The position numbers and the translations under genes are program-made. Source: Gemmatimonadota bacterium (GTDB taxonomy: Bacteria; Gemmatimonadota; Gemmatimonadetes; Gemmatimonadales; Gemmatimonadaceae). Taken from it: a DNA stretch of 64,000 nucleotides. The DNA lies in contig JAZJZK010000030.1 of the NCBI GenBank assembly GCA_040389905.1, forward strand, positions 22,085 through 86,084. Reading direction: 5' to 3'. The notes below the pieces were generated by a model. That model was not told the DNA's origin. It searched no databases and was given only the letters and a program-made list of their open reading frames with translations. This document shows positions 38,148 through 48,980 of the stretch, one piece after another. How positions within the stretch are numbered: the first letter of the stretch is position 1; every line of letters starts with the position of its first letter.

Positions 38148-40363
38148 TGAGCAAGCCGGGGCTCGCCGCTCGGCTGCGCGCCGCCTTTCTGGGTGACTTG
38201 GAGGAGCAACTCGCGTCCCTCAACGTCGCGCTGCTGTCGCTCGAGCACGATGCGACGAATCCGGAACCGTTGAAGGCGGTGTTTCGCGTCATGCACACGT
38301 TGAAGGGGGCGGCGCATGCCACGGACCAGCCACTCGTGCAGCGCGCGTGTCATCATCTGGAGGCGCTCCTGGTGGAGGCGCGCGAAGGCCGCACGGTGCT
38401 CGGAACATATCAATTTAAATTGTTATTTGCCGCCGCAGATGCACTGTCCGACACCGCGGCGCAACTCGCCGCGGGAAACGACCTGTCGGAGGACAGTGCG
38501 ATTGGCCGGCTCGTTCTCCGGCTGGAGGGAAGGGAAGAGCCCGCCGAGGAGACGAGCGCGCCTCCTGTCGCCGAGCCCGTCGCGATTCCGCCTCAAGCGC
38601 CGGCACACGCACCGGAAGGTGTCGTGCAGCCAGCTGGCGCCGCACCCGCCCCGGCTGCAGCGCCTGCGGAAGGAGCAGTCCGCGTTGCTGCAGACAAGCT
38701 GGACAACCTTTTGTCCGAGGTCGGGCGGCTGCTGGCGACCCGAGCGCGCATCGGCGAGCACGCATCGACCGCCTCGAGCATTCAGGACGCTGTCCACGAC
38801 GCACATGCCACGATTCGACGCCTGCTCGCTCGCCACGGCGCGCGCCTCCCCGCCGACGTGGGCGATGCAATTCGGGAAGTCGAACTGGGGCTCAGGGAGG
38901 CGAGTGTACAGGCGGGGTCCGTCGCCACGAATGCACTCGGCGATGTCCGGGAGTTGGCGGAAGTGGGTGATGCGCTCGCCGACAGTGTCCGCCGAGTACG
39001 CATGCTCCCATTTTCCAGCGCGTGCGAACCGCTGCCGCGGCTGGTTCGGGATGTCGGCTCGGAAACAGGCAAGCCAGCGCGGCTCGTGGTAAGTGGGGGT
39101 GACGTCGAAGCGGATCGGCCGGTACTCGATGCGCTGAAGGACTCGCTGCTGCACCTCGCGCGCAACGCTATCGATCACGGCATCGAACCTTCCGCGGAAC
39201 GAGCGGCGCTCGGCAAGGCGGCGGTGGCGACGGTGACGGTGAAGGCTGCGCTGCATGGCGAGCGGCTGACCGTCACGGTGTCCGACGATGGCGCCGGTCT
39301 CGACGTTGGCGCCATTCGCGCGAAGCTTCACCAGCAGGGGCGGGAGGTGCCGGAGGACGACGCGGATGTCGTTCGCGCGCTCTTCGAATCGGGCTTCTCG
39401 ACGCGATCCGTGACCACGACGATCTCCGGCCGAGGGGTTGGTTTGGATGCTGTCGAGGCCGCGATGCTGCGGGTGCGTGGGAGCGTGTCCGTTTCCTGGG
39501 TGCGAGGTCAGGGCACGACGTTCACCCTGGAGTGCCCACTCACACTGGCCGCCATCCGTGCGGTACTGGTCCGGAGCTCTGGCCAGTCGCTCGCCCTTCC
39601 GACATCGAACGTCGAACAGCTGGTACGTATCAAGGCCTCGGATGTCCGGCGAGCGGAGGGCCGTGACGTCATCCTTACCGGTTCGGTGCCCATTCCACTT
39701 GTTTCGCTCGCGACCGTGCTTGGCCCGCCATTCACGGCGGCTCCGCACGCGGACATTTTTCCGGCCCTGATCGTCAGCGCTGGTGAGCGGCGCGTTGCAC
39801 TGGTCGTGGACGCGGTGGAGACCGAACAGGAACTGATCATTCGCCCGATCCCGCGCGGCCAATCGTCCATGCCGCACGTGAGTGGCGGCGCCCTGCTCGG
39901 AACAGGCCAACTCGTCATCGTGCTCAACCCGGTGTCGCTCGTGCACTCCGCGCTCGGCAGCAGGCTCTCGTCAGGTGTGACGGCGGGCGCGCGGAAGCAA
40001 TTGCGCGTCATTGTCGTGGACGATTCCATGACCACGAGAGCACTCGAGCAGGGTGTGCTCGAGGCAGCGGGCTATCAGGTGACGACGGCGGTCGACGGCC
40101 TGGATGCATGGCGACAAATTCAAGAGTTTGGCGCGGACCTCGTGGTGTCGGACATCGAGATGCCGAACATGGACGGCCTATCGCTCTGCCGAACAATCAG
40201 AGCTTCAGCGCAGTTCGCGAATCTGCCGGTCGTGCTCGTGACATCGCTCGACAGTCCCGAGGATCGCGCTCGCGGCATGTCCGCTGGGGCGGACGCATAC
40301 GTCGGCAAGGCGTCGGCGGGACAGGCGGGCCTCCTCAATACCGTGCGGGAACTCCTCGCGTGA
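38147..40363 (+). CDS. cheA: CheA-receiver hybrid kinase (WspE-like)
   Basis: HTLKGAA, HLARNAIDHG, SGRGVGLD, CheW domain, C-terminal REC. Confidence 0.93.
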   Translation: MSKPGLAARLRAAFLGDLEEQLASLNVALLSLEHDATNPEPLKAVFRVMHTLKGAAHATDQPLVQRACHHLEALLVEAREGRTVLGTYQFKLLFAAADALSDTAAQLAAGNDLSEDSAIGRLVLRLEGREEPAEETSAPPVAEPVAIPPQAPAHAPEGVVQPAGAAPAPAAAPAEGAVRVAADKLDNLLSEVGRLLATRARIGEHASTASSIQDAVHDAHATIRRLLARHGARLPADVGDAIREVELGLREASVQAGSVATNALGDVRELAEVGDALADSVRRVRMLPFSSACEPLPRLVRDVGSETGKPARLVVSGGDVEADRPVLDALKDSLLHLARNAIDHGIEPSAERAALGKAAVATVTVKAALHGERLTVTVSDDGAGLDVGAIRAKLHQQGREVPEDDADVVRALFESGFSTRSVTTTISGRGVGLDAVEAAMLRVRGSVSVSWVRGQGTTFTLECPLTLAAIRAVLVRSSGQSLALPTSNVEQLVRIKASDVRRAEGRDVILTGSVPIPLVSLATVLGPPFTAAPHADIFPALIVSAGERRVALVVDAVETEQELIIRPIPRGQSSMPHVSGGALLGTGQLVIVLNPVSLVHSALGSRLSSGVTAGARKQLRVIVVDDSMTTRALEQGVLEAAGYQVTTAVDGLDAWRQIQEFGADLVVSDIEMPNMDGLSLCRTIRASAQFANLPVVLVTSLDSPEDRARGMSAGADAYVGKASAGQAGLLNTVRELLA

Positions 40364-41484
40364 TCCGGGTGCTCGTAGCGGAGGATTCGCACGCGGTCCG
40401 GCTGTTCCTCATCTCTCTGCTCGAGAGTGATGCGGAAATTCAGGTCGTGGGACAGGTGGCGGACGGGCAGTCAGCCGTGGACTCCGTGCGTCTGCTCCGG
40501 CCGGACGTGATCACGATGGACATCCATATGCCGAAGCTGGACGGGCTCGAGGCAACTGCCCGGATCATGCACGAGGTGCCGACGCCCATTGTCGTCGTGT
40601 CCTCGACCGTGGATGCGAGGGACGTCGCGTCGTCGTTCGATGCGATGAAGGCGGGGGCGCTCGTCGCCTTACCGAAGCCTGGTGCGAGCTCGGACCGGCA
40701 GGCCGAGTACGACCGCCAGAACTTTGTGTCGACGGTGAAGGCGATGTCGAAGGTGAAGGTGGTGCGGCGGTGGAGCGGCGCGTTCAATACGGTGCCACCG
40801 CGGGGGCCCCCCCCCGGTTTGAAAGGTACGGCGACGTCGGCCGACTTCCATCATCATTTCACCGCAGACGGAAGCATTGGAACGCCCAGTTCCGCCGCCC
40901 GCTCGAGCGCATCGGCTCGCCGGTTGCCCGCCGCCCTCATTGCCATCGCGGCATCTACTGGCGGCCCGAGTGCGCTCCAGCGCGTGCTGTCCGCGCTACC
41001 TGGGACCTTTCCCGCGCCCATCATTCTTGTCCAGCACATAGCCCGGGGCTTCCTGCCAGGCTTCGCCGCCTGGCTGGATTCCGAGTGCGTCTTGCGCGTG
41101 AAGGTTGCCGAAGCACTCGAGCCTCTGCTCGCGGGAACGGTCTACGTGGCTCCAGATGACCACCACCTCGGCGTGTCGGCCAGCCGGCGGGTGCAGCGCA
41201 TCAGCGGAGACCCAGTGAATGGCTTCTGTCCCTCCGCGAGCGTGTTGTTTCAGTCCGCGGCCGACGCGTACGGCGCGTCGCTGGTGAGTGTCATTTTGAC
41301 AGGCATGGGTAGCGACGGAGTGTCCGGCCTGAGGCGCGTCAAGGCGAGAGGCGGGTACGTGATCGCGCAGGATGAGGCGACGTCGCTGATCTACGGGATG
41401 CCTGGCGAAGCGCTCATTGCCGGGGTTACCGACGTGATGCTTCCGATCGATGAGATCGCGGACCACCTGCTGACACTGGTCTGA
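40360..41484 (+). CDS. cheB: CheB methylesterase (WspF-like)
   Basis: REC domain; ASTGGP, VQHI, LTGMGSDG. Confidence 0.93.
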   Translation: MIRVLVAEDSHAVRLFLISLLESDAEIQVVGQVADGQSAVDSVRLLRPDVITMDIHMPKLDGLEATARIMHEVPTPIVVVSSTVDARDVASSFDAMKAGALVALPKPGASSDRQAEYDRQNFVSTVKAMSKVKVVRRWSGAFNTVPPRGPPPGLKGTATSADFHHHFTADGSIGTPSSAARSSASARRLPAALIAIAASTGGPSALQRVLSALPGTFPAPIILVQHIARGFLPGFAAWLDSECVLRVKVAEALEPLLAGTVYVAPDDHHLGVSASRRVQRISGDPVNGFCPSASVLFQSAADAYGASLVSVILTGMGSDGVSGLRRVKARGGYVIAQDEATSLIYGMPGEALIAGVTDVMLPIDEIADHLLTLV

Positions 41485-41767
41485 CTTCGAAATCGGCGGT
41501 CAGCAGACGGGGCAGCAGCAGCGCGCTCTGTCAGTGGATACCAAATTCTGACATGCTGACTGCCGCGGCCGTCGCGTGGAAAATCTGTTAATAAGCTACT
41601 TCATTATGCAGCTTGTAAGTCAATAGCGCATTAATCTTACGCGCATATCACATTTCTGACCATGTGTCGTCAGGCGGTCAGTTCGCGAGTTGGAGACGCC
41701 CGCCGCGACCGACCGCCGAACGGCCGTTGGCCGATTTCCGACAGCCGACACCTCCGATGGCGCGCGC

Positions 41768-44713
41768 TCAAGGCCGTATCGCCAAGGTCACGTAGTACCG
41801 CCATTCTCGCGCGACTGGATCGTCGATGGCCCTCGCGAATCCGGTCAGAATGTCTATGTCAGGCGTGCCAAGCGCGGCGACCGCCGGCACGCGCTCGCGG
41901 AACTCCAACCCGTAGCTCCGGAGTGACGTCCGAAGGAAATCGGGACTCGCGCCCGCATAGAACAGTTCGAACGGCGGATATGGCAGGGCGATACGGAACG
42001 ACGTAAACGACGTCGTCGTGACGCTGCCAACCGGGTACGCGGGTGCGTCGACCCGGCGTCCGTCCAGAACAGGGTCGATCAGAGGCGACGCGAATCCGCC
42101 AATCGCAAAGCGTTCGCGCACGAGGCCGTCAGACCCACCCAGCGTGCCAACCGCGACGCGCAACGTGGTCAGCGGCGCTGAATGCGGTCCCACGCCCAGG
42201 AGCAACGCACTCCGCTGACGGATATACGACTGCCCGTCAAGCCAACCGGCCTCGGCCACTACCGCAAGCTGTTGTTGATAGCGGGCATCGTCGTCGCGTT
42301 GTCTGGTGACGATGCTGAGCGTCCCGATGGTGGCGAGGCGGCTGAACGACTCGGCTCCTGACGGTTCGTGATGCTCGAGCACAGTCCCGAGCGACGTGAC
42401 AATCTCGCCCCCGTCGCTGGCGTTGGAGCGCTGGATCCGAAGGGCGCCACCAAAGCGGCTCAAGTCCAGACCGTACTCCAACGCGGGACCAAACGCGCGT
42501 GAGGGCGCCTCGTGTGACACCCACCCCTGTGCCACGAGCACGTTCCTCGATCTCCTCGACGCGACCGTGAATCCGAGCCCACCCGGCAGTGCGCCTGCGC
42601 CCACGGACCCGATCAGCATCCCGGTCAAACGGCCCACCGGATCGGTTCTCAGGAACGCGAGCTGCACGTTGGACCCGCCGTACCCCGAGGTCACGCCAGG
42701 GACGTACCGAATACGATCCGGCCCTGTGCCGTACGGTCGCTCCTCGCCGACCTGGGCAACGGCCGGACGGCGGCTGGAATCCGCTGCGTTCGGTGAGCGT
42801 CGCGGGGGAAGTATTGCGGAAAGCGAGTCGAGGAGGGCGAAGTGCCCCGGGTCCATCCCCATGCGCACGCGTCGGATGCTTTCGCTATCGGGGCGGAAGC
42901 GCCTGAGGTCGTATCCCCCAGCATGCAGCGACAGAAACCAAAGCGTTCCGTCGCCGGCCACGTCCCCACCAACCGCGGCGCCAGTAACCGATGTGAGCCG
43001 AGTTGGAAGGTTATTGGTTCCGATGCGCTCGAGATTGGCGATGCCGCCAGCCTCGGAGGTCGTGATGATCGTGCTCCCATCGATGTCATAGGTGGCGTCG
43101 TAGCGGGTCGCGCCATCATCCGGGTCGGCGTAGCGCAGTGAACCGTCGTCGCTGCGCACCCGCGCAATGCGCCAGCGATCACCCGACTGCTCGGCCACGA
43201 CGATTTCGCCGGTACGCTTCGAAACGCGCGGACGGTAGAAATTGCGATCGAGGTTTCCGGCGATGATGGTCTGCACGGCACCGGTTGCGAGATCGAGACG
43301 GACGAGATCACACCACCCGCTATCGCACCGAACGCCCGCGGCCCAGCGCCCGTCGGCCGACGGGTCGACATCGCGCAATCCAGCACCGACCGTGATCCGC
43401 GCCAGTGAGCCGTCTTCCGCATTCCACATGAAAACGTCGGGCACGACAGAGCCGTCGGCCATCGGCATTCGGCGGGTCACCAGGAGATGCCGGTTGTCGG
43501 GCATCCACCGCGGCGATTCGTACGACGCGCCATCGGCCGCAGCCAGGGCGACGATCACTCGCTTCGGCGGCGGGTAGAAGCTTCGATCCGGCACGTCATC
43601 CGGGTCCCTCCGCGCCTGCTGCTCCCGACGGCGCGACGATAGCGTGTCCGGCTCGTCGGCCGTGAGCCACACCACGACCTGACTTGGCGCTTCCGCGCGC
43701 CGGACTGTCAGGGCAACGAATCGCCCGTCTGGGGAGATCGCCGGGTCGCCAGTGTTCCGGTAGAGTCGTTGTACGAGCCTCCCGGACACCAGCGCATCAC
43801 GCGAGAAACTCCGCTCGAATGCCATGGCGTCGGCGGTGAGTTCCGCCACGAATCGCCCGTAGAGATCTGCCGGAGGGTCGCCGAAAACACCGATGAAGGC
43901 CTCTGGGAAGGAGCGCGTCGTCTTCGCGGTCATTCGTCTCCACAGGGCGGTGACGCTCGAGTCACCGTCGCGCCGCGCCAGCCATTCGAGAAAGGCGGAG
44001 CCGGCGAGGTATGCAAAATTCCCCGTTTCCCACGGGCCCGTTGCGCTCAACTGGGTGTAACCGGGAAGGCGGCCCTCCAAGGCGAACTGCCGGAGCACCG
44101 CCGCGCGCCACGCGTGATTCGGCCGACCGGTGCCGGAAATGCGCCCTTCGACGTACGTGGCGTACCCCTCGATCACCCACCGTGGTGCTTCGATGGCAAT
44201 GGGACCGAGTGGCACAGGTGAGACCGACCAGAGGAGACGCTGCAGCGCGTTTCTCGATGGACGCGTGAGATGCGCCACGTGCGCAAATTCATGCGTCGCG
44301 AGTAGCTCGCCCCACGAGCGGAAGTTACCGATGTCCTCGCGCGGATCCGGGGGGGTAGGCCAGAGGACGATCGTTGGCTCGTCGAGCGGCGTGAACGCGA
44401 CGCCATTCGCTTCGTTGCTCGGGTCGTCCACCACGACGGTGACTTTTCCATCGGGGACGAACCCGACGACTCCGGCGACCTGTGTCCGGACGCCTTCCAT
44501 TCGGGAGGCCAATGCGACCGTCCAGGTACGATAGCGCTCCGGGAAATGAAAGACGAAGTGCTCCGTTTCGACCGTTCGCCAGTTCAGCCAGGGCCGCGGC
44601 GCCTGCGATTGCGTCGTACCGGGGGCGAGAACGCTCGCGCCTGTGAGCAGCGCGACCAGCCCCAGGCGCGAAATCGTGCGCACCGGGCGAAAAAAGGGAA
44701 GGGACGCGTGCAT
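41768..44713 (-). CDS. Large secreted protein: gluzincin-like domain, PD40/TolB-like propeller and putative beta-barrel
   Basis: HEFAH, WVIEGYATYVE, PAISPDGR, PRWMPD; start uncertain. Confidence 0.75.
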   Translation of the reverse strand: MHASLPFFRPVRTISRLGLVALLTGASVLAPGTTQSQAPRPWLNWRTVETEHFVFHFPERYRTWTVALASRMEGVRTQVAGVVGFVPDGKVTVVVDDPSNEANGVAFTPLDEPTIVLWPTPPDPREDIGNFRSWGELLATHEFAHVAHLTRPSRNALQRLLWSVSPVPLGPIAIEAPRWVIEGYATYVEGRISGTGRPNHAWRAAVLRQFALEGRLPGYTQLSATGPWETGNFAYLAGSAFLEWLARRDGDSSVTALWRRMTAKTTRSFPEAFIGVFGDPPADLYGRFVAELTADAMAFERSFSRDALVSGRLVQRLYRNTGDPAISPDGRFVALTVRRAEAPSQVVVWLTADEPDTLSSRRREQQARRDPDDVPDRSFYPPPKRVIVALAAADGASYESPRWMPDNRHLLVTRRMPMADGSVVPDVFMWNAEDGSLARITVGAGLRDVDPSADGRWAAGVRCDSGWCDLVRLDLATGAVQTIIAGNLDRNFYRPRVSKRTGEIVVAEQSGDRWRIARVRSDDGSLRYADPDDGATRYDATYDIDGSTIITTSEAGGIANLERIGTNNLPTRLTSVTGAAVGGDVAGDGTLWFLSLHAGGYDLRRFRPDSESIRRVRMGMDPGHFALLDSLSAILPPRRSPNAADSSRRPAVAQVGEERPYGTGPDRIRYVPGVTSGYGGSNVQLAFLRTDPVGRLTGMLIGSVGAGALPGGLGFTVASRRSRNVLVAQGWVSHEAPSRAFGPALEYGLDLSRFGGALRIQRSNASDGGEIVTSLGTVLEHHEPSGAESFSRLATIGTLSIVTRQRDDDARYQQQLAVVAEAGWLDGQSYIRQRSALLLGVGPHSAPLTTLRVAVGTLGGSDGLVRERFAIGGFASPLIDPVLDGRRVDAPAYPVGSVTTTSFTSFRIALPYPPFELFYAGASPDFLRTSLRSYGLEFRERVPAVAALGTPDIDILTGFARAIDDPVAREWRYYVTLAIRP

Positions 44714-44762
44714 GCTGCGCGCGTCCCTCACCCTGAAGAATCGAGAAAGTGTCTCGTTGCGA

Positions 44763-44936
44763 TCAACCACGCGCGGGGGACTTCCCGCGCACTCGATCCT
44801 GCAACCAAGTGAGCGGGACGATGAACAGCGGTGTAAGAACAACGCCGAGCAACGTATTGATCCAGACGAGCGCGATGTAGAATGCGCAGAGGCCGAGACC
44901 GACCCAAAGGGTGCCGAGCGGGCCGTGAGTTTCCAA
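44763..44936 (-). CDS. 57-aa small membrane protein (below the ORF-track cutoff)
   Basis: AGGAG then TTG; METHGPLGTLWVGLGLCAFYIALVWINTLLGVVLTPLFIVPLTWLQDRVRGKSPARG. Confidence 0.65.
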   Translation of the reverse strand: METHGPLGTLWVGLGLCAFYIALVWINTLLGVVLTPLFIVPLTWLQDRVRGKSPARG

Positions 44937-45055
44937 GAGTTCGCTCCTGTCGCCGTGATTCAGTGGTAACGCGCGGAAGATAGTGCGGGGTTCGAAGGGG
45001 AGCCAGAGGTCCGCTGAAGCGAAAGTAAGGGATGTGCGTGGCTATATTTGTCGTC

Positions 45056-46387
45056 ATGCAATGCGATTCCGCGCGTGCTGTGGAGCGGGCGGCCCTGACT
45101 TCGGTCCAAGGGGAAGCGGCGCCCCTGCTCCTGGCGGTTTCAGGTGGGCTCGACTCCATGGCGCTCATGCGCGCCATGGCCTCGGTTGCGCGCGAACGGA
45201 TCGCCGGCGTCGCCACCTTCGACCACGGAACCGGGCCCGCTGCGCGGTTGGCGGTCGAACTCGTTCGGGCGTGTGCCGCGGCGCTCGGGCTGTCAGTCTC
45301 GTGGGGGCGCTTTTCCGGCCAGCTCGACGCCCGCAATGGTAGCGAGGCCGCGTGGCGAGCGGCGCGGCACCGCTTCCTCGACGACACTGCGGCGCGCCTC
45401 CGGGCAAGGGTGGCGACGGCGCACACGGAAGACGATCAGCTCGAAACCGTCCTCATGCGCACGATGCGTGGCAGTGGCGCGCGCGGCCTTGCCGCGCTGT
45501 ACGCGCCGTCGCCCAATGTTCGGCCATTCCTTGGCACGCGACGGGCCGTGATTCACGACTATGTGCGGGGAGCGGGCATTCAATGGGTCGAGGATCCGAG
45601 CAATGCGTTGCCTGCCTTCACGAGGAATCGGGTCCGTCATGATCTGCTTCCGGCCCTCCGGCGTGTGGATCCTGAGATCGACCGCGCGTTGCTTGCCGTC
45701 GCGCGTCGAGCGGAGCGACTCCGGAGCGACGTCGAACGCTTCGTCTCGGAGCGGCTACGCCCCGAGCGGACCGGCGCGGGGCAGCTCATCGTTGCCTCGC
45801 GGGAACTGTCCGGCTATGATCGAGATTCCCTAGCAGTGCTGTGGGGCGCGCTGGCTGGCCGGGCAGGCCTGGCTCTGGACAGGCGCGGAACAGAGCGGAT
45901 CGCGGCGTTTACAATGAATCGGCCCCGCGATGGGAGCATTCCATTGTCGGGAGGTTGGTGCCTCGAAGCCGCGCGCGACGTCTACATTCTCCATCAGCGG
46001 GCGGTGACGAATGTCCTTGCGGCCGAGTTGCCGCGGTCTGGCTCGCTGGAGTGGGGACGTTTTCGTTTTCGGGTCGTTGGCGAAGACCCTCGGGGTCGTG
46101 TCGATGGCGACACGGAATGGAGCGCCACGATTCCGGTTGGCGTCACGGGTTTGATTCGCGCGTGGGACGCCGGCGATCGGCTGGAGGCCTCGAGGGGCCA
46201 GCCGATAAGGCGCGTCACGCGTTATCTCTCGGATACGGGGTTGCAGGGGAGCGAGCGCCGAAACTGGCCTGTGGTGGTCGCTGGAGATGATATCGTTTGG
46301 ATTCCGGGAGTGCGCCGCAGTGACGCGGCAACCGATCGGTCCGGCAGACCGGTACGACACTATCTCTGTGAGCGCATCGATCGCTGA
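45056..46387 (+). CDS. tilS: tRNA(Ile)-lysidine synthetase
   Basis: AVSGGLDSM, AHTEDDQLET, EDPSN, RNRVR; tilS-hpt-ftsH synteny. Confidence 0.92.
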   Translation: MQCDSARAVERAALTSVQGEAAPLLLAVSGGLDSMALMRAMASVARERIAGVATFDHGTGPAARLAVELVRACAAALGLSVSWGRFSGQLDARNGSEAAWRAARHRFLDDTAARLRARVATAHTEDDQLETVLMRTMRGSGARGLAALYAPSPNVRPFLGTRRAVIHDYVRGAGIQWVEDPSNALPAFTRNRVRHDLLPALRRVDPEIDRALLAVARRAERLRSDVERFVSERLRPERTGAGQLIVASRELSGYDRDSLAVLWGALAGRAGLALDRRGTERIAAFTMNRPRDGSIPLSGGWCLEAARDVYILHQRAVTNVLAAELPRSGSLEWGRFRFRVVGEDPRGRVDGDTEWSATIPVGVTGLIRAWDAGDRLEASRGQPIRRVTRYLSDTGLQGSERRNWPVVVAGDDIVWIPGVRRSDAATDRSGRPVRHYLCERIDR

Positions 46388-46919
46388 TCCACGACTTGAA
46401 GGCCGGGCACTACGTCGCGTCGTCTATGATGCGGAGGGCATCGCGACGCGTGTGGGCCAGTTGGGCGCGGAAATCACCGCCGCCTATCCGGATGGCGACC
46501 TGCTCGTGCTCGGTTTGCTGAAGGGAAGCTTTATATTTCTCAGCGACCTCGTGCGGCAGATCAATCGTCCGCTTCACGTGGACTTCCTCGTCGCCTCGAG
46601 CTACGGCGAGGGAACGGTATCGAGCGGGAACGTCCGACTGGTGTACGATCCGGAAACCAGCCTGGAAGGGAAGCACATTCTGCTGGTCGAGGACATTGTC
46701 GATACGGGGCGCACCCTCAACCGGCTGATGGATTTACTGAAGGCACGAAATCCGCGTTCTCTCGAGATTTGCGCCTTGTTGCACAAGCATATTGCCGACG
46801 AGCTCAAGTACGAAACGAAGTTCATCGGTTACGACGCACCGCACGAGTTCCTTGTCGGCTACGGATTGGATCACGCCGAGAGTTTCCGGCACCTGCCTTA
46901 TATCGCGAGCTTGCTGTAA
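46368..46919 (+). CDS. hpt: Hypoxanthine phosphoribosyltransferase
   Basis: LKGSFIF, VEDIVDTGRT, VGYGLD. Confidence 0.95.
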   Translation: MSASIADPRLEGRALRRVVYDAEGIATRVGQLGAEITAAYPDGDLLVLGLLKGSFIFLSDLVRQINRPLHVDFLVASSYGEGTVSSGNVRLVYDPETSLEGKHILLVEDIVDTGRTLNRLMDLLKARNPRSLEICALLHKHIADELKYETKFIGYDAPHEFLVGYGLDHAESFRHLPYIASLL

Positions 46920-48907
46920 TGCCTCCACAAACACCGAAGAAAGACGGAAATCCGGGATTCAACTGGGGGCGCTTTTCGAAGACGCTCTCGTTCTGGATCC
47001 TCATCATCCTGATTCCCTTCGCGCTGATCCAGATCAGCGGCGCGAGAGCGGAGTCGGCCGCCGACATTTCCTACACGCAGTACAAGCAGGAGCTCGAGAA
47101 AAACAACATCGCCGAGCTCACCATGACTGGTGGGAAGGATGTCGTGGGCACCTTCCGCGAGCCGACCACGGTGAGCGGCAAGACGGCGCGCCGCTTCACG
47201 ACGCAGCTGCCCATGGCGAATTCACAGTCCGCGCTCGACGCGCTGGATTCGAAGGGCGTGAAGGTGACGTCCCAGAATCCTCGACCGAGCATGATGACGT
47301 GGATCGTCAACTTCCTGCCGTGGCTGCTCCTGATCGGCTTTTATCTGTTCCTCTTCCGTCAGATGCAGGCGGGGGGAAACAAGGCGTTCTCCTTCGGCAA
47401 GTCGAAGGCGAAGCTGCTCACCGGGGACACCCCCAAGGTGACCTTCGCCGACGTGGCGGGCGCTGACGAAGCGAAGCAGGAGCTCGAGGAGATCATCGAG
47501 TTCCTCAAGGACCCGCAGAAGTACACCAAGCTCGGTGGCCGACTTCCAAAGGGCTGCCTGCTGGTGGGGCCGCCGGGAACTGGCAAGACGCTGCTCGCGC
47601 GCGCGGTTGCCGGTGAGGCGGGACGCCCGTTCTTCTCGATGTCCGGTTCGGACTTTGTCGAGATGTTCGTCGGCGTGGGTGCGAGCCGCGTCCGCGACCT
47701 GTTCGAACAGGGCAAGGCGCAGGCGCCATGCATCATCTTCATCGACGAGATCGATGCGGTGGGTCGTCATCGCGGTGCCGGGCTCGGCGGCGGTCATGAC
47801 GAGCGGGAGCAGACGCTGAACCAACTCCTCGTCGAGATGGACGGCTTCGAGAGCAACGACGGCGTCATCCTGATCGCGGCCACGAACCGTCCGGATGTGC
47901 TCGATCCCGCGCTGCTGCGCCCTGGCCGTTTCGATCGCCAGATCGTGGTGGACGCGCCGGATCTTCGCGGGCGCGAAGGCATCCTCAAGGTGCACCTGCG
48001 TAACAAGCCCGTCGGCGAGAACGTGGACATCACGACCCTCGCACGTGGCACCCCGGGCATGGCCGGCGCCGATCTCGCGAACCTCGTCAATGAGGCCGCG
48101 CTGCTTGCCGTTCGCCGCAATCACGACAAGATCTACATGGACGACCTCGAGGACGCGAAGGACAAGGTCATGCTCGGCGCCGAGCGGAAGTCCATGGTCA
48201 TGAAGGAAGAGGAGCGTCGCCTGACGGCGTACCACGAGGCAGGTCACGCGCTCTGTGCAATGAAGGTGGTCGGCAACGATCCGCTGCATAAGGTCACGAT
48301 CGTGCCGCGTGGTCGCGCGCTTGGATTGGCGTTCACGTTGCCGGAGGACGACCGCGTTTCGATCACGCGCATGCAACTCGAGGCGTTGCTCGTCATGACG
48401 TACGGTGGCCGGACCGCCGAAGAGCTTGTGTTCGGATACGATCGGGTCACCACCGGGGCGTCGAGCGATATCCAGAAGGCAACGAGCATCGCGCGCCGCT
48501 ACGTGACGCAGTGGGGTTTGTCCGACGCGATCGGACCGATTCTCGTCGGCGACAATGAGCAGGAGGTTTTCCTCGGGCGCGACATCCAGAGCCGGCGCGA
48601 AGTGAGTGAGCAGACGGCACAGCTCGTGGACGCCGAGGTCAAGCGCGTGATCACCAAGGCCTATGATCGCGCGAAGACGGTGCTCGCCGAGAATCTGGAG
48701 CTGCTCCACATCATCGCCGGCGCTCTGCTGGAGCGCGAAACGCTGACGGCGGAAGACATCAAGATGATTGGCCGCGGCGAGTCGTTGCCGCCGCGCTTGA
48801 GTGGTGTTCCCGCGGCGGCACCAATCGCGCCGCCGCCGCCTCCTTCGTCGATTGTCGAGCCGTGGCGCAAGCCGCTGCTCGGTGGCCCGGAGCCGTCGCC
48901 GGCGTAA
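46919..48907 (+). CDS. ftsH: ATP-dependent zinc metalloprotease FtsH
   Basis: [25 protein letters not shown]. Confidence 0.97.
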   Translation: MPPQTPKKDGNPGFNWGRFSKTLSFWILIILIPFALIQISGARAESAADISYTQYKQELEKNNIAELTMTGGKDVVGTFREPTTVSGKTARRFTTQLPMANSQSALDALDSKGVKVTSQNPRPSMMTWIVNFLPWLLLIGFYLFLFRQMQAGGNKAFSFGKSKAKLLTGDTPKVTFADVAGADEAKQELEEIIEFLKDPQKYTKLGGRLPKGCLLVGPPGTGKTLLARAVAGEAGRPFFSMSGSDFVEMFVGVGASRVRDLFEQGKAQAPCIIFIDEIDAVGRHRGAGLGGGHDEREQTLNQLLVEMDGFESNDGVILIAATNRPDVLDPALLRPGRFDRQIVVDAPDLRGREGILKVHLRNKPVGENVDITTLARGTPGMAGADLANLVNEAALLAVRRNHDKIYMDDLEDAKDKVMLGAERKSMVMKEEERRLTAYHEAGHALCAMKVVGNDPLHKVTIVPRGRALGLAFTLPEDDRVSITRMQLEALLVMTYGGRTAEELVFGYDRVTTGASSDIQKATSIARRYVTQWGLSDAIGPILVGDNEQEVFLGRDIQSRREVSEQTAQLVDAEVKRVITKAYDRAKTVLAENLELLHIIAGALLERETLTAEDIKMIGRGESLPPRLSGVPAAAPIAPPPPPSSIVEPWRKPLLGGPEPSPA

Positions 48908-48980
48908 ACGCGCCGAGAGAAACAGAACAGACAAAGCAGTTGAACGCAGAGGGTTGCCGTTACGCTGTTATCTTCACCGA

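Noticed and set aside
41585..41660. dif site
   Set aside because: ATAA and TTATG are 9 nt apart, not 6, and no XerD arm TTATGTTAAAT is present.
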